Assembly: GCA_002716355.1 (NCBI GenBank)
Contig: PBAU01000004.1
Coordinates: forward strand, 1-21,236
DNA from: a bacterium
Lineage (GTDB): Bacteria; UBP7; UBA6624
Direction: 5' to 3'
DNA: 21,236 bases
In this document: positions 1 through 8,609 of the stretch, piece after piece
Numbering within the stretch: the stretch's first letter is position 1
Layout of the letters: the number at the start of each line of letters is the position of its first letter
Notes under the pieces: model-generated
What the model was told of the DNA's origin: nothing
What the model saw: the letters and a program-made list of their open reading frames with translations, nothing else
The model's database searches: none
Program-made: the position numbers and the translations under genes

Positions 1-83
1 TTTTAAAATTTTGGAATGAAAGCTATGATTACAAAATTATAATAGGTAAAAATAGGTTCAAAATACAAGCATCTGTGGTCTAA

Positions 84-1454
84 ATGTCAAATATGAAAAT
101 TAATATGAATAATCTTGATGATGTTTTAAAATCGCTTAATTCACAAACACTTCGTGTCTGTGTTATTGGAATTGGAAGAATTGGTCTTCCTACTGCATTA
201 TCATTTGCAAAATCTGGCTTAGAAACAATTGGTGTTGATATAAATCAAAAATTAGTTGATAATGTTAACTCTGGAAAATTTCCATTAAAAGATGAACCAG
301 GTTATAATGAAATTTTTGATGACGTGATAAAAAATAAAAAATTCTCTGCAACAACAAATATTGAAAATGCTGTGCCTAATTCTGATTTGATTGTTCTATC
401 CCTTCCTACTCCCATGGATGAAAACAATGTTCCAGATTATTCTGCATTGAAAACTGTGGCATCAAAATTATCTGATATTCTATCTCCAAATTCATTAGTC
501 ATTGTTGAAAGTACAATTGAACCTGGATTCATTGAAGATGAAATGATTTCAATAATATCTAAATCAGGAAGATTAAACGCAGAAAAGAATTTTTTTATCG
601 GCGTATGTCCTGAAAATGCTAATCCTGGAGAAATCTTACATGATTTTACAAATCTTCCAAGATTAGTAGGAGGCATAAATTCAGATATAGCAAAAATAAT
701 CAAGTCAATCTATAATTTTGTTTTTTCAGTTGAATTAGTAGAAATGCCAAATTGCAAAACTGCAAATGCCGTTAAATTAACAACTAATGTTTTTCGTGAT
801 ATCAATATTGCATTTATCAGTGAACTATCTTTAATGTTTGAAAAACTTGGAATAGATACAAACAAAGTTTTAGAGGCTGCAACAAAAAAATATAATTTTC
901 AAGTGCATTACCCTGGTGCTGGAGTAGGTGGTCCTTGTTTACCAATTAATTCATATCAATTACTTAATACCGCAAAACGTATTGGCTCCAATTTGAGTAT
1001 TATTGAATCAGGCAGAAAAATTAATGAAAAAATGCCACAACATGTAATTGAATTAACTATGAATGCATTTGAGGAAATACCTGAATCTTTAAGCACAAGT
1101 CATATCCTGATCCTTGGAGTCTCATACAAACCTAATGTTAAAGATATTCAATTAACTCCTGCAGAAGAAATAATTAAAAAATTACAAGAAAAAAATGTTA
1201 TTGTTCATATCTATGATCCATATTTCACATCAACCGAAGTTTTTGGAATTGTCATCGAAAAGAATATTGAAGATATAATCTCTAAAGTTGATGCAACTAT
1301 TATTGTGACTGCACACAATGAATTTAAAAAATTAGATATTTCTTTATTCAAACAAATGAAACATCCTATTTTGATAGATACTAGAGGAATCATTGATCCA
1401 CTGTTTGCTAAGGAACAAAAATTAATTTTTAGAGGATTAGGTCGTGGAGAATAA
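84..1454 (+). CDS. Nucleotide-sugar 6-dehydrogenase (UDP-glucose/GDP-mannose dehydrogenase family; WecC/WbpA-like UDP-N-acetylhexosamine dehydrogenase type)
   Basis: 456-aa ORF with ATG at 84. N-terminal Rossmann GxGxxG (VCVIGIGRIGLPTA). Family motifs ESTIEPGF, CPENANPGE and AVKLTTNVFRDINIAFISE. Catalytic-Cys motif GAGVGGPCLPIN. C-terminal nucleotide-sugar-binding segment LGVSYKPNVKDIQLTP. Sugar specificity cannot be read by eye. Confidence 0.85.
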   Translation: MSNMKINMNNLDDVLKSLNSQTLRVCVIGIGRIGLPTALSFAKSGLETIGVDINQKLVDNVNSGKFPLKDEPGYNEIFDDVIKNKKFSATTNIENAVPNSDLIVLSLPTPMDENNVPDYSALKTVASKLSDILSPNSLVIVESTIEPGFIEDEMISIISKSGRLNAEKNFFIGVCPENANPGEILHDFTNLPRLVGGINSDIAKIIKSIYNFVFSVELVEMPNCKTANAVKLTTNVFRDINIAFISELSLMFEKLGIDTNKVLEAATKKYNFQVHYPGAGVGGPCLPINSYQLLNTAKRIGSNLSIIESGRKINEKMPQHVIELTMNAFEEIPESLSTSHILILGVSYKPNVKDIQLTPAEEIIKKLQEKNVIVHIYDPYFTSTEVFGIVIEKNIEDIISKVDATIIVTAHNEFKKLDISLFKQMKHPILIDTRGIIDPLFAKEQKLIFRGLGRGE

Positions 1455-2652
1455 TAATCAACTCGATAATTCATCTTTAGTAAATATCTTAACACTTCGT
1501 TATGATCCTGCAATTAATCCAAACTTAATACCAAAAACCTCTCAAGATTTTTCTGAAGACAAAAATTTTATTAATATTCAAAAAATTGAAGATTCCATTT
1601 GTAATGAAATTCAGAATAAAATAAATGAAAATGAAATATCAATTGCACTTAGCGGTGGTGTTGATTCTACACTCATGTTGGGATTACTACGTAAAGTCAA
1701 ACCTACTGAAAAAATTCATGCTGTGTCAATAAAATTTCGTAATAGTGTTGATGAAACCCCTGCTGCATCTAAAATTGCAGAAAAATTTGGTGCTGAACAC
1801 CATGTAATTCATCTTGAAAATTATCTTTCTGAATTACCTAAAGCAATTAGTATAATAAAATTACCATTTTGGGATTTACATTGGTATTATGTTGTAAAAA
1901 AAGCAAAAACACTGTCCAAGATATTAATTTCTGGAGATGGTGGTGATGAACTTTTTACAGGTTATACTTTTAGATACAAAAAATTTTTTTCACTAACTTC
2001 TGAAAATTCTTCTCCTCTTGAAAAAGTTAAAGCGTATTTGGAATGTCATGAGAGAGATCGTGTTCCTGATCAATCTGATATTTTTACCAAAACTTGTAAT
2101 TTCTCGTGGGAAAATATCTATGATAGACTTTTACCATTTTTTGATAATAATCTAACTAGAATAAATCAAGTATGTTTGGCAGATTATAATGGAAAATTAT
2201 TATATAATTTTAATCCAATTAACACTCGAATTATTGATTATTTTCAAATGAATTTATTGACTCCGTTATTGAACAAAGAATTAATTTCTTCAGCATCTCA
2301 CATTCCAAGTTATGTAAAATATAATCAAAAAACCAATCTTGGTAAATTACCTTTACGAACATTATTAGAAAAATGTGATGCCTCTTCATTAGTTGGAAAA
2401 GAAAAATTAGGTTTTAATGTGAATACTCTAGATCTTTGGAAAGAAAATGGTTATGATTTATGTAAATATTACTTTGATAAATCCAGATTAATCGAATCTG
2501 GATTAATAAATAAAGAATGGATTATGAAGCATATTGATTCTTCTGAATTAGACGTAAAATATGTAAATAAATTTTTAGGATTATTGGCATGTGAAATATG
2601 GTACAGATTATTTATTACTAATGATATGAGTAGTAATGATACATTAGATTAA
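1444..2652 (+). CDS. Asparagine-synthetase-like PP-loop ATP-dependent amidoligase lacking the N-terminal glutaminase domain
   Basis: 402-aa ORF with GTG start at 1444, overlapping the upstream stop (1452-1454) by 11 nt. PP-loop SGGVDS at residues 70-75 (nt 1651-1668). AsnB-type second motif ISGDGGDELFTGY. Only about 65 residues precede the PP-loop, so there is no Ntn (Cys2) glutamine amidotransferase domain. The first in-frame ATG lies after the PP-loop, which supports the GTG start. Confidence 0.75.
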   Translation: MENNNQLDNSSLVNILTLRYDPAINPNLIPKTSQDFSEDKNFINIQKIEDSICNEIQNKINENEISIALSGGVDSTLMLGLLRKVKPTEKIHAVSIKFRNSVDETPAASKIAEKFGAEHHVIHLENYLSELPKAISIIKLPFWDLHWYYVVKKAKTLSKILISGDGGDELFTGYTFRYKKFFSLTSENSSPLEKVKAYLECHERDRVPDQSDIFTKTCNFSWENIYDRLLPFFDNNLTRINQVCLADYNGKLLYNFNPINTRIIDYFQMNLLTPLLNKELISSASHIPSYVKYNQKTNLGKLPLRTLLEKCDASSLVGKEKLGFNVNTLDLWKENGYDLCKYYFDKSRLIESGLINKEWIMKHIDSSELDVKYVNKFLGLLACEIWYRLFITNDMSSNDTLD

Positions 2653-2677
2653 ATTAGTATTATAAAATAAAAATAAA

Positions 2678-3463
2678 ATGAAAAAATATGTTGTAGCAGG
2701 TTTAGGTGAAATTGGAACTCCAATATCCAAATTATTATCTAAAAAACACAATGTAATTGGTTATGATAAAAATCCTAAATTAATGAATATAAATAAATTT
2801 AATAAATCTGAATCAATACCAACTTCCTTTTTGCACATAGCAATTCCAGTCAATAAAAATTTTGATTCAAATATTTTAAAACTGAATAAAAAATTTCTAC
2901 CTGAATGTATTGTGATTCATAGTACTATTAGCCCTGGAACTACTCAAAGAATTCAAAAAAAATTATCGATCCCATTAATTTTTAGTGCAACTAGGGGTGT
3001 TCATAAAAGAATGTTAAAAGATCTTCAAAGATATACCAAATTCTTTGCAATATCATCATCTGCTCCAAGAAAACAATGGGCAATTAAAGAATTTAAAAAA
3101 CAAATGAAAAATTGTGGAATAAAAACTAAACAAATGTCAAAACCTGAAGCTTTAGAATTAGGCAAAATTATTTGTGATACTTCTTATTTGGGTTGGTTGA
3201 TAAATTACTCACAAATCAGTAATACAATTGCTAAATCTTATGGAGTTGATTATGATGAAATGTGGGAATTTTCTGATGAAATTCACAAAATTCTAGGAAA
3301 TCGTCCTAAATTATATCCTGGTTTCATAGGTGGTCACTGTGTGATTCCTAATCTAGAATTAATTCACAATGAAACTCTTGATATAATAAATTCTCTAAAT
3401 AATTCATATCTAAAAAAAGTAAAAAATGCAAAATCCATAAATAAAAAATATCTAAAAAAGTGA
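2678..3463 (+). CDS. Short NAD(P)-binding Rossmann protein resembling the N-terminal and central parts of the UDP-glucose/GDP-mannose dehydrogenase family (no C-terminal sugar-nucleotide domain)
   Basis: 261-aa ORF with ATG at 2678. GxGxxG at the extreme N-terminus (VVAGLGEIGTPI). HSTISPGTT resembles the ESTV(P)PGTT family motif (compare ESTIEPGF in the 84-1454 product). GFIGGHCVIPN resembles the catalytic GGxC(L/I)P motif. The gene call is solid; the function is tentative. Confidence 0.5.
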   Translation: MKKYVVAGLGEIGTPISKLLSKKHNVIGYDKNPKLMNINKFNKSESIPTSFLHIAIPVNKNFDSNILKLNKKFLPECIVIHSTISPGTTQRIQKKLSIPLIFSATRGVHKRMLKDLQRYTKFFAISSSAPRKQWAIKEFKKQMKNCGIKTKQMSKPEALELGKIICDTSYLGWLINYSQISNTIAKSYGVDYDEMWEFSDEIHKILGNRPKLYPGFIGGHCVIPNLELIHNETLDIINSLNNSYLKKVKNAKSINKKYLKK

Positions 3464-3472
3464 TTATATTTT

Positions 3473-4528
3473 TTATTTATATTGATTTAAAATTTGAACG
3501 AAGTTTTTCGCTATTTTTTCCCAATTGAAAGTTTCTTTAACAAACTGTTGACCTTCTTCTCCTAATTTTCTTGATAGCTCTTTTTCATTAATTGTGTTAG
3601 ACAAATGCAAAATCCATCCTTCATAGTCTCCTTCTTTTACTAAGAATCCTGTTTTTCCATCTACCATCATTTCTGGTATTCCACCTGCATTTGTTGCAAT
3701 TACCGGTTTTCTCATTAATTGTGCTTCTTTTAATGTTAAAGGTGCAAGATCCATTCCACTTACCAATGCATATACGTCAATTTCATTGAGAAAATCTCTT
3801 ACTTTATCTGGGTAATCTAATCTTCCCAGCCAATGAAAATTTTCAAACTCATCAAATTCATCAGTTATTTTTTCTCGATATGGCCCATCTCCTGCCCAAT
3901 AAAATGATGTCTCTGGCATTTTTTCTAAAACCTTTTTCAGTGTTAACATTTCTTTTGTTTTACCCCACCAATTAGCATCTTGCAATAATCCAACACATGG
4001 ATGTTTTAATTTCATCGAAGATGCATCTTTCCAATGTGATGAACTAATTCCTTCTAGGAATACATGTGTATCTTGTTTTGGATAATAATTCTTTACAATA
4101 TCTTGTAAATAATTGCAAATTGGTAATATTGCTGTTGCATTCTTAAAACATTTTTTTGCAATTCTATCCCTTAGCCAAACTACTATTCTCATTTTTTTTG
4201 TTTTATACAAAGTCTCTTTTGCATATTTTAATTCTGACCAATAATGTCCTCTTAATAAAATGAATAATGGAATATTGGCATCTATAGCAGCAGCCCCAAA
4301 ATGACTTTGTTTATCAACAAAAATTGCATCAGGAGGAAATTCTTTAATTAATTTCTTAAATTCACTATTCCCAAAGAACCAATCTTTGAAGTTTTTATTT
4401 GGAAATCCTCTACTATAATCTGAATCTTTTACTAATTTACATTCCACACCTAATCTTTCTAATGCATCAGAAAATTCTTTCATATGGAAATATTTTCCTT
4501 TACTTCCATAGGCAATCAATAATTTCAA
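3473..4528 (-). CDS. Glycosyltransferase, GT-B fold, family 4 (Glycos_transf_1 type)
   Basis: 351-aa ORF. C-terminal GT4 signature LTLKEAQLMRKPVIATNAGGIPEMMVDGKTGFLVKEGD (EX7E region). TTG start at 4526-4528 gives a canonical MKLLIAYGSKG N-terminus; the first ATG would delete the first beta-strand. Convergent with the 2678-3463 gene, with only 9 nt between stops. Confidence 0.85.
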   Translation of the reverse strand: MKLLIAYGSKGKYFHMKEFSDALERLGVECKLVKDSDYSRGFPNKNFKDWFFGNSEFKKLIKEFPPDAIFVDKQSHFGAAAIDANIPLFILLRGHYWSELKYAKETLYKTKKMRIVVWLRDRIAKKCFKNATAILPICNYLQDIVKNYYPKQDTHVFLEGISSSHWKDASSMKLKHPCVGLLQDANWWGKTKEMLTLKKVLEKMPETSFYWAGDGPYREKITDEFDEFENFHWLGRLDYPDKVRDFLNEIDVYALVSGMDLAPLTLKEAQLMRKPVIATNAGGIPEMMVDGKTGFLVKEGDYEGWILHLSNTINEKELSRKLGEEGQQFVKETFNWEKIAKNFVQILNQYK

Positions 4529-4648
4529 TTATTAAAATTGAAATTATCTACGTATTAAATTTCACTTCACATAACTATATTCCTAATTTTTATCATCAGT
4601 GATATTGATATAGATGTCATCGTTATTGTCCAATAATCTAAATTTGAT

Positions 4649-5713
4649 ATGAAATACAAAAAAATGATATTTTTACCTGTAATTATAGGAATTTCCTTAA
4701 GTATTGTATTATATCTGTCACAATCTTCACAAGATCATTCTGAGGAAATTGATGTTAATTCATTAATTGATATTGAAACCTCTCAAGATATTGAATCCAA
4801 AAAAATAATGTTAGAAAGTTACATTTGGAAAGATGATCAAACTTTTAAATCAAAACTACCTTCAGATGTTCAATATTTTTATACTGATAAAAAATTTGAT
4901 GATTTCCAAAATGTAGAACGAATTGATCGAATTTATGTAAAAATGAATTATGATGTAGACTCTACTGCATACATGTTTTTTCCAAAAAACCCCAATAATG
5001 AATTATTAATTTATCATCAAGGTCATAGAGGTGATATTACATTTGGTAAATCTACAATAGAATTCTTTTTGAACAAGGGTTACACAATACTTGCATTCTC
5101 GATGCCATTAATTGGTGAAAATTCAAAACCAATTGTTCATATTGATGAATTAGACGAAAATTTATTTTTAGACAGTCATGACAAATTGAGATTTTTAGAA
5201 AGTAGTACTTTTTCACCAATTAAATTTTTTCTAGAACCTATCTATGTGTCATTAAATTACATTGAATCTGAATTTAACTTTAGTTCTTATAATTTCATTG
5301 GAATATCTGGAGGTGGTTGGACTGCAGTTGTATACTCTTCATTTGACGACCGGATTTCTAAAACAATTTCAGTAGCAGGCTCTCTCCCATTCTATTTGAG
5401 AACTAGTCCTGAAAATTTTGGCGATTATGAACAAAAAATTCCTGAATTTTATGATATTGCTAACTACCTTGAATTGTATATAATGTCTGCATATGGTTTT
5501 GATCGTGGTCTTTTACAAATATTTAATGAATTTGATCCATGTTGTTTTTCTGGAACTGAATATGTAAGCTATGAAAATATTATAAAAAATAAAATTTCTA
5601 AATTAAAATCAGGAACTTTTAAAATTGAACTAGATAAAACTAACAAGGAACATTCTATATCTTCTTCTTCTTTACAAAAATCATTAATTTTTCTAAAAAA
5701 CTCAATTGATTAA
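4649..5713 (+). CDS. Membrane-anchored (N-terminal TM/signal anchor) alpha/beta-hydrolase-like serine hydrolase, possible carbohydrate esterase
   Basis: 354-aa ORF with ATG at 4649. Hydrophobic N-terminal helix MIFLPVIIGISLSIVLYL. GxSxG nucleophile elbow in NFIGISGGGWTAVVY. Upstream IYHQGHRGD may be an oxyanion-hole region. I cannot assign the acid and His of the triad by eye, so the fold call is tentative. Confidence 0.5.
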   Translation: MKYKKMIFLPVIIGISLSIVLYLSQSSQDHSEEIDVNSLIDIETSQDIESKKIMLESYIWKDDQTFKSKLPSDVQYFYTDKKFDDFQNVERIDRIYVKMNYDVDSTAYMFFPKNPNNELLIYHQGHRGDITFGKSTIEFFLNKGYTILAFSMPLIGENSKPIVHIDELDENLFLDSHDKLRFLESSTFSPIKFFLEPIYVSLNYIESEFNFSSYNFIGISGGGWTAVVYSSFDDRISKTISVAGSLPFYLRTSPENFGDYEQKIPEFYDIANYLELYIMSAYGFDRGLLQIFNEFDPCCFSGTEYVSYENIIKNKISKLKSGTFKIELDKTNKEHSISSSSLQKSLIFLKNSID

Positions 5714-5714
5714 A

Positions 5715-6650
5715 ATGAAATTTGATAATAGACTGATATGGATTATAGTGGCCTCTGTTGGCTTATATGGTGTTTTTTTGTTTTTCTCTGATTTTAATCA
5801 AATCTCTCAACAAATTTCTATTTTCAAATATGAATTTCTTCCACTAATTCTAGCTCTTGTATCTATCTCTTGGATTCCGTTATTGGTTAGATGGCAATTT
5901 TTACTTAAAAAAAATAAAATAAACATTCCAACAAAAAATAGTTTTTTAATTTTCTTAGGTGGAATCTCGATGGCTATAACTCCAGGGCATGTTGGAGAAT
6001 TAATCAAATCACAATTGATCAAAAATAATTATAATATTCCAAGAACTAAAACTGCTCCAATTATATTCATAGAAAAATTCTATGATCTCACTGGTGCAAT
6101 CATAGCATCAATTATTGGTATTATAATATTAGAAATGGATACAAATCTAATAATTTTTTCAATACTCGTATTATCTGTAATCATTTTTCTCATTTTTTAT
6201 AAACCGATTTTTGAATTTTTACTAAAAAGAATTTCAAAAACAAAATTATTTTCAAAATATTCTGATAACATTGTAGAATCTTATGAAATTATTCGAAATT
6301 CAACCACCACCAAAACTGCTTCTATATCATTTGGATTATCAATACTTTATTGGATAATAATTTCCATAGCAGTTTATTTCATTTTACTATCATTTGGTAT
6401 TGAATCTGTTTCTCTTCTCAGAACGATTTCCATTTATTCTTCATCTGTGATAATAGGTGCATTGTCATTTATTCCAGGTGGCATTGGAGTAACTGAAGGT
6501 TCTCTTATTGGATTATTTTCTTTAGAGGGTATTGAAATTTCAATGGCAATTTTCCTTAGTGTGATGATCAGAATATTCACTATGTGGTATTCTGTCTGTA
6601 TTGGATTTATTTGTCTAAAATTCACTGGTGGTTTATCAAAAATCAAATAA
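5715..6650 (+). CDS. Polytopic membrane protein, UPF0104 / lysylphosphatidylglycerol-synthase TM-region (flippase-like) family
   Basis: About 8 predicted TM helices. C-terminal PGGIGVTEGSL motif is typical of the LPG_synthase_TM/UPF0104 family. ATG at 5715 lies 1 nt after the upstream stop (5711-5713). The ORF track extends to a TTG at 5706, which is an alternative start with an 8-nt overlap. Confidence 0.65.
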   Translation: MKFDNRLIWIIVASVGLYGVFLFFSDFNQISQQISIFKYEFLPLILALVSISWIPLLVRWQFLLKKNKINIPTKNSFLIFLGGISMAITPGHVGELIKSQLIKNNYNIPRTKTAPIIFIEKFYDLTGAIIASIIGIIILEMDTNLIIFSILVLSVIIFLIFYKPIFEFLLKRISKTKLFSKYSDNIVESYEIIRNSTTTKTASISFGLSILYWIIISIAVYFILLSFGIESVSLLRTISIYSSSVIIGALSFIPGGIGVTEGSLIGLFSLEGIEISMAIFLSVMIRIFTMWYSVCIGFICLKFTGGLSKIK

Positions 6651-6657
6651 TTCTTGA

Positions 6658-7647
6658 TCATTTTGATGGACTTTTGTAATACCAACGTTTGAAAGGTGCA
6701 GAAAATTCTACTTTATTTTTCATAGCCCACTCATATGTGAGTTCCAACCCTTTTTCCATTGAAATTTTTGGTTTCCATTTGAGAATTTTTTTTGCTTTTG
6801 AATTATTACAGTTTAATCTCTGTACGTCATATGGTCTCATTCTACTTTCATCAACTTTAATTTTAATATCTGAGCCTGAAATTTTAATAAGATTTTTTGC
6901 TATATCTGACATCTTAATTTCATTACAACTACCAACATTCAAAATTTCTCCAATTGCACTTTTAGTTTGCGATGCTTTTAGAAATGCCTCTACGGTATCA
7001 GAAACAAAAGTGAAATCTCTTGTCGAATTTACGTTTCCAAGGTGTAACTCTTTATTTCCATTTTTAATCTGACTAATTATTTCTGGAATGATATAAGGTT
7101 CAGTAAATCTTGGACCATATGTATTAAATGGCCTAATCACAATTCCTGGGAATCCATTTTCTTTGTGTAACGTAAAAGTTGCTCTATCTGCAGATAATTT
7201 ACTCACAGCATATGTTGAATATGGTGCTGTTGGATGATTTTCATCCATTGGATGATATTGTGCAGAACCGTAAACTTCACTAGTTGAAATTTGAACAAAT
7301 GCTTCTGCCGTTTTTGATTTAACTGATGACCATGCAACATTCAGGCTTCCTATTGTGTTAACATGAAAGAAATCTACTGGGTAATAATATGAATCTGGTA
7401 TAAAGGGCAATGCAGCAAGATTAAAAATAATTTCTTGATCTTTTACGGTTTTTGCAACAATTTTTTCATCAGTAATATCACCCTTTACAATCTTTATTTT
7501 ATGTTTTGATATGTAATGTCTCTTTCCAGATGAAAAATTATCTAAAACTGTAACTTTTGCACCATGTTTGACTAACTGTGAAACAACTTCGGAACCAATA
7601 AAGCCTGCTCCTCCTGTAACTAATACTCTCTTATCTTTTAATTTCAT
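6658..7647 (-). CDS. Extended SDR NAD-dependent epimerase/dehydratase; motif signature closest to UDP-glucuronate decarboxylase (UXS/ArnA C-terminal) or NDP-hexose 4,6-dehydratase types
   Basis: 329-aa ORF with ATG at 7645-7647. VLVTGGAGFIGSEVV Rossmann motif. STSEVYG (UXS/ArnA-like; RmlB types usually have STDEVYG). YAVSK catalytic YxxxK. RPFNTYGPR. Lies 4 nt downstream of the preceding SDR gene, so they form an operon. Confidence 0.85.
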   Translation of the reverse strand: MKLKDKRVLVTGGAGFIGSEVVSQLVKHGAKVTVLDNFSSGKRHYISKHKIKIVKGDITDEKIVAKTVKDQEIIFNLAALPFIPDSYYYPVDFFHVNTIGSLNVAWSSVKSKTAEAFVQISTSEVYGSAQYHPMDENHPTAPYSTYAVSKLSADRATFTLHKENGFPGIVIRPFNTYGPRFTEPYIIPEIISQIKNGNKELHLGNVNSTRDFTFVSDTVEAFLKASQTKSAIGEILNVGSCNEIKMSDIAKNLIKISGSDIKIKVDESRMRPYDVQRLNCNNSKAKKILKWKPKISMEKGLELTYEWAMKNKVEFSAPFKRWYYKSPSK

Positions 7648-7651
7648 TTTT

Positions 7652-8608
7652 TTACATTCCTAACCTATGTTTATACCAATTAATTGTTTTTTCAATTCCT
7701 ATATCTAAAGATGTTTCTGCTTTAAACCCAATTTTTTCTTCAGCTTTTTTATTTGACAATACTCTACGTTTTTGACCTGATGGTTTATCCATATCGAATT
7801 TTATCTCAGGATCTGTATTGGTAATACTTAGAATTTTTCTTGCTAATTCATCTATAGAAACAAATTCTCCACTAGCTAGATTAATCGGATCTCCAACACA
7901 ATAATTTTCCATTGCAAGTAACATTCCTTTAGCCGCATCTTTTGCATAGATATATTCTCTAATCGGACTACCGTCCCCCCAAATTACAAAAGGATCCATT
8001 TTCTTAATTGCTTTCATTATTAGAGAGCCTAACGCATGTGCTGTTTCAAGATCATCACTATCTCTAGGACCATAAGAATTTGATGGTCTAACAATTGCTA
8101 TGTCCATCCCATATTCTTTGTGAAATGCTATTGCTTGTCTCTCTCCCATACGTTTTGACCATGAATATGATGCATGTGCTTCTGGTGGATTTCCTTTCCA
8201 TGCATCTCCTTCTTCGAGAGTTTTCTCATCATTTGGATAAATACAAGTACAACTCGCATAAAGAAATTTTTCAATTTTTTCATTTTTTGCACTTTCTAAA
8301 ATATTCCCATCCATGATGAGATTAGGGGTGAGTGTACTGGCAGGATGAGTGCTGGTTCTACCTAAGCCGCCTGTATATGCTGCTAAATGAAAAATATAAT
8401 CCATATCCTTCACTACATTATCTGAGAATTTCCTATCAGTCAAATCTCCCCGCATAATATCTAATTCTAATTTCTTTAATTCATCTGGAATCTCTCTTTC
8501 ATGTTCAATAATTCTGACATTTGCTCCTTTTTCTACTAGTAGTTCCACCAAATGAGAACCAATCATACCGGTTCCTCCTGTAACAAGAATTTTTTTATCA
8601 GAATACAT
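7652..8608 (-). CDS. Extended SDR NAD-dependent epimerase/reductase (GDP-mannose 3,5-epimerase / GDP-fucose-synthase-like signature)
   Basis: 318-aa ORF with ATG at 8606-8608. ILVTGGTGMIGSHLV. ASCTCIYP (SSxCIYP-type motif of 3,5-epimerase/4-reductase enzymes). YSWSK catalytic YxxxK. VRPSNSYGPRD. One nt separates it from the aminotransferase stop. Confidence 0.8.
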   Translation of the reverse strand: MYSDKKILVTGGTGMIGSHLVELLVEKGANVRIIEHEREIPDELKKLELDIMRGDLTDRKFSDNVVKDMDYIFHLAAYTGGLGRTSTHPASTLTPNLIMDGNILESAKNEKIEKFLYASCTCIYPNDEKTLEEGDAWKGNPPEAHASYSWSKRMGERQAIAFHKEYGMDIAIVRPSNSYGPRDSDDLETAHALGSLIMKAIKKMDPFVIWGDGSPIREYIYAKDAAKGMLLAMENYCVGDPINLASGEFVSIDELARKILSITNTDPEIKFDMDKPSGQKRRVLSNKKAEEKIGFKAETSLDIGIEKTINWYKHRLGM

Positions 8609-8609
8609 C

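Noticed and set aside
2678-3463. Possibility that the 261-aa dehydrogenase-like ORF is a truncated pseudogene remnant of a full-length UDP-sugar dehydrogenase.
   Set aside because: The frame is intact from a good ATG to a stop that abuts the convergent GT4 gene. There is no downstream out-of-frame continuation resembling the missing C-terminal domain, and the sequence is highly diverged from the neighbouring full-length paralogue. It is more consistent with a genuine short protein. See the findings for the open question.
4521-4545. Perfect 10-bp inverted repeat AATTTCAATT-ATTAA-AATTGAAATT spanning the TTG start of the GT4 gene. It could be an operator or a start-codon-sequestering hairpin.
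   Set aside because: The arms are almost pure A/T (9 of 10 positions). My rough estimate for sequence this A+T-rich is that about one such 10-bp arm pair with a short spacer is expected by chance in a window of this size. An all-A/T stem would also be thermodynamically weak. It is worth a look only if conserved in orthologous regions.
6689-7072. 127-aa plus-strand ORF opposite the 3' half of the SDR gene (6658-7647).
   Set aside because: It lies entirely within the SDR coding region, which has GxxGxxG, YxxxK and other motifs on the minus strand. The product is Phe/Leu/Ile-rich with no motif. I treat it as a shadow ORF.
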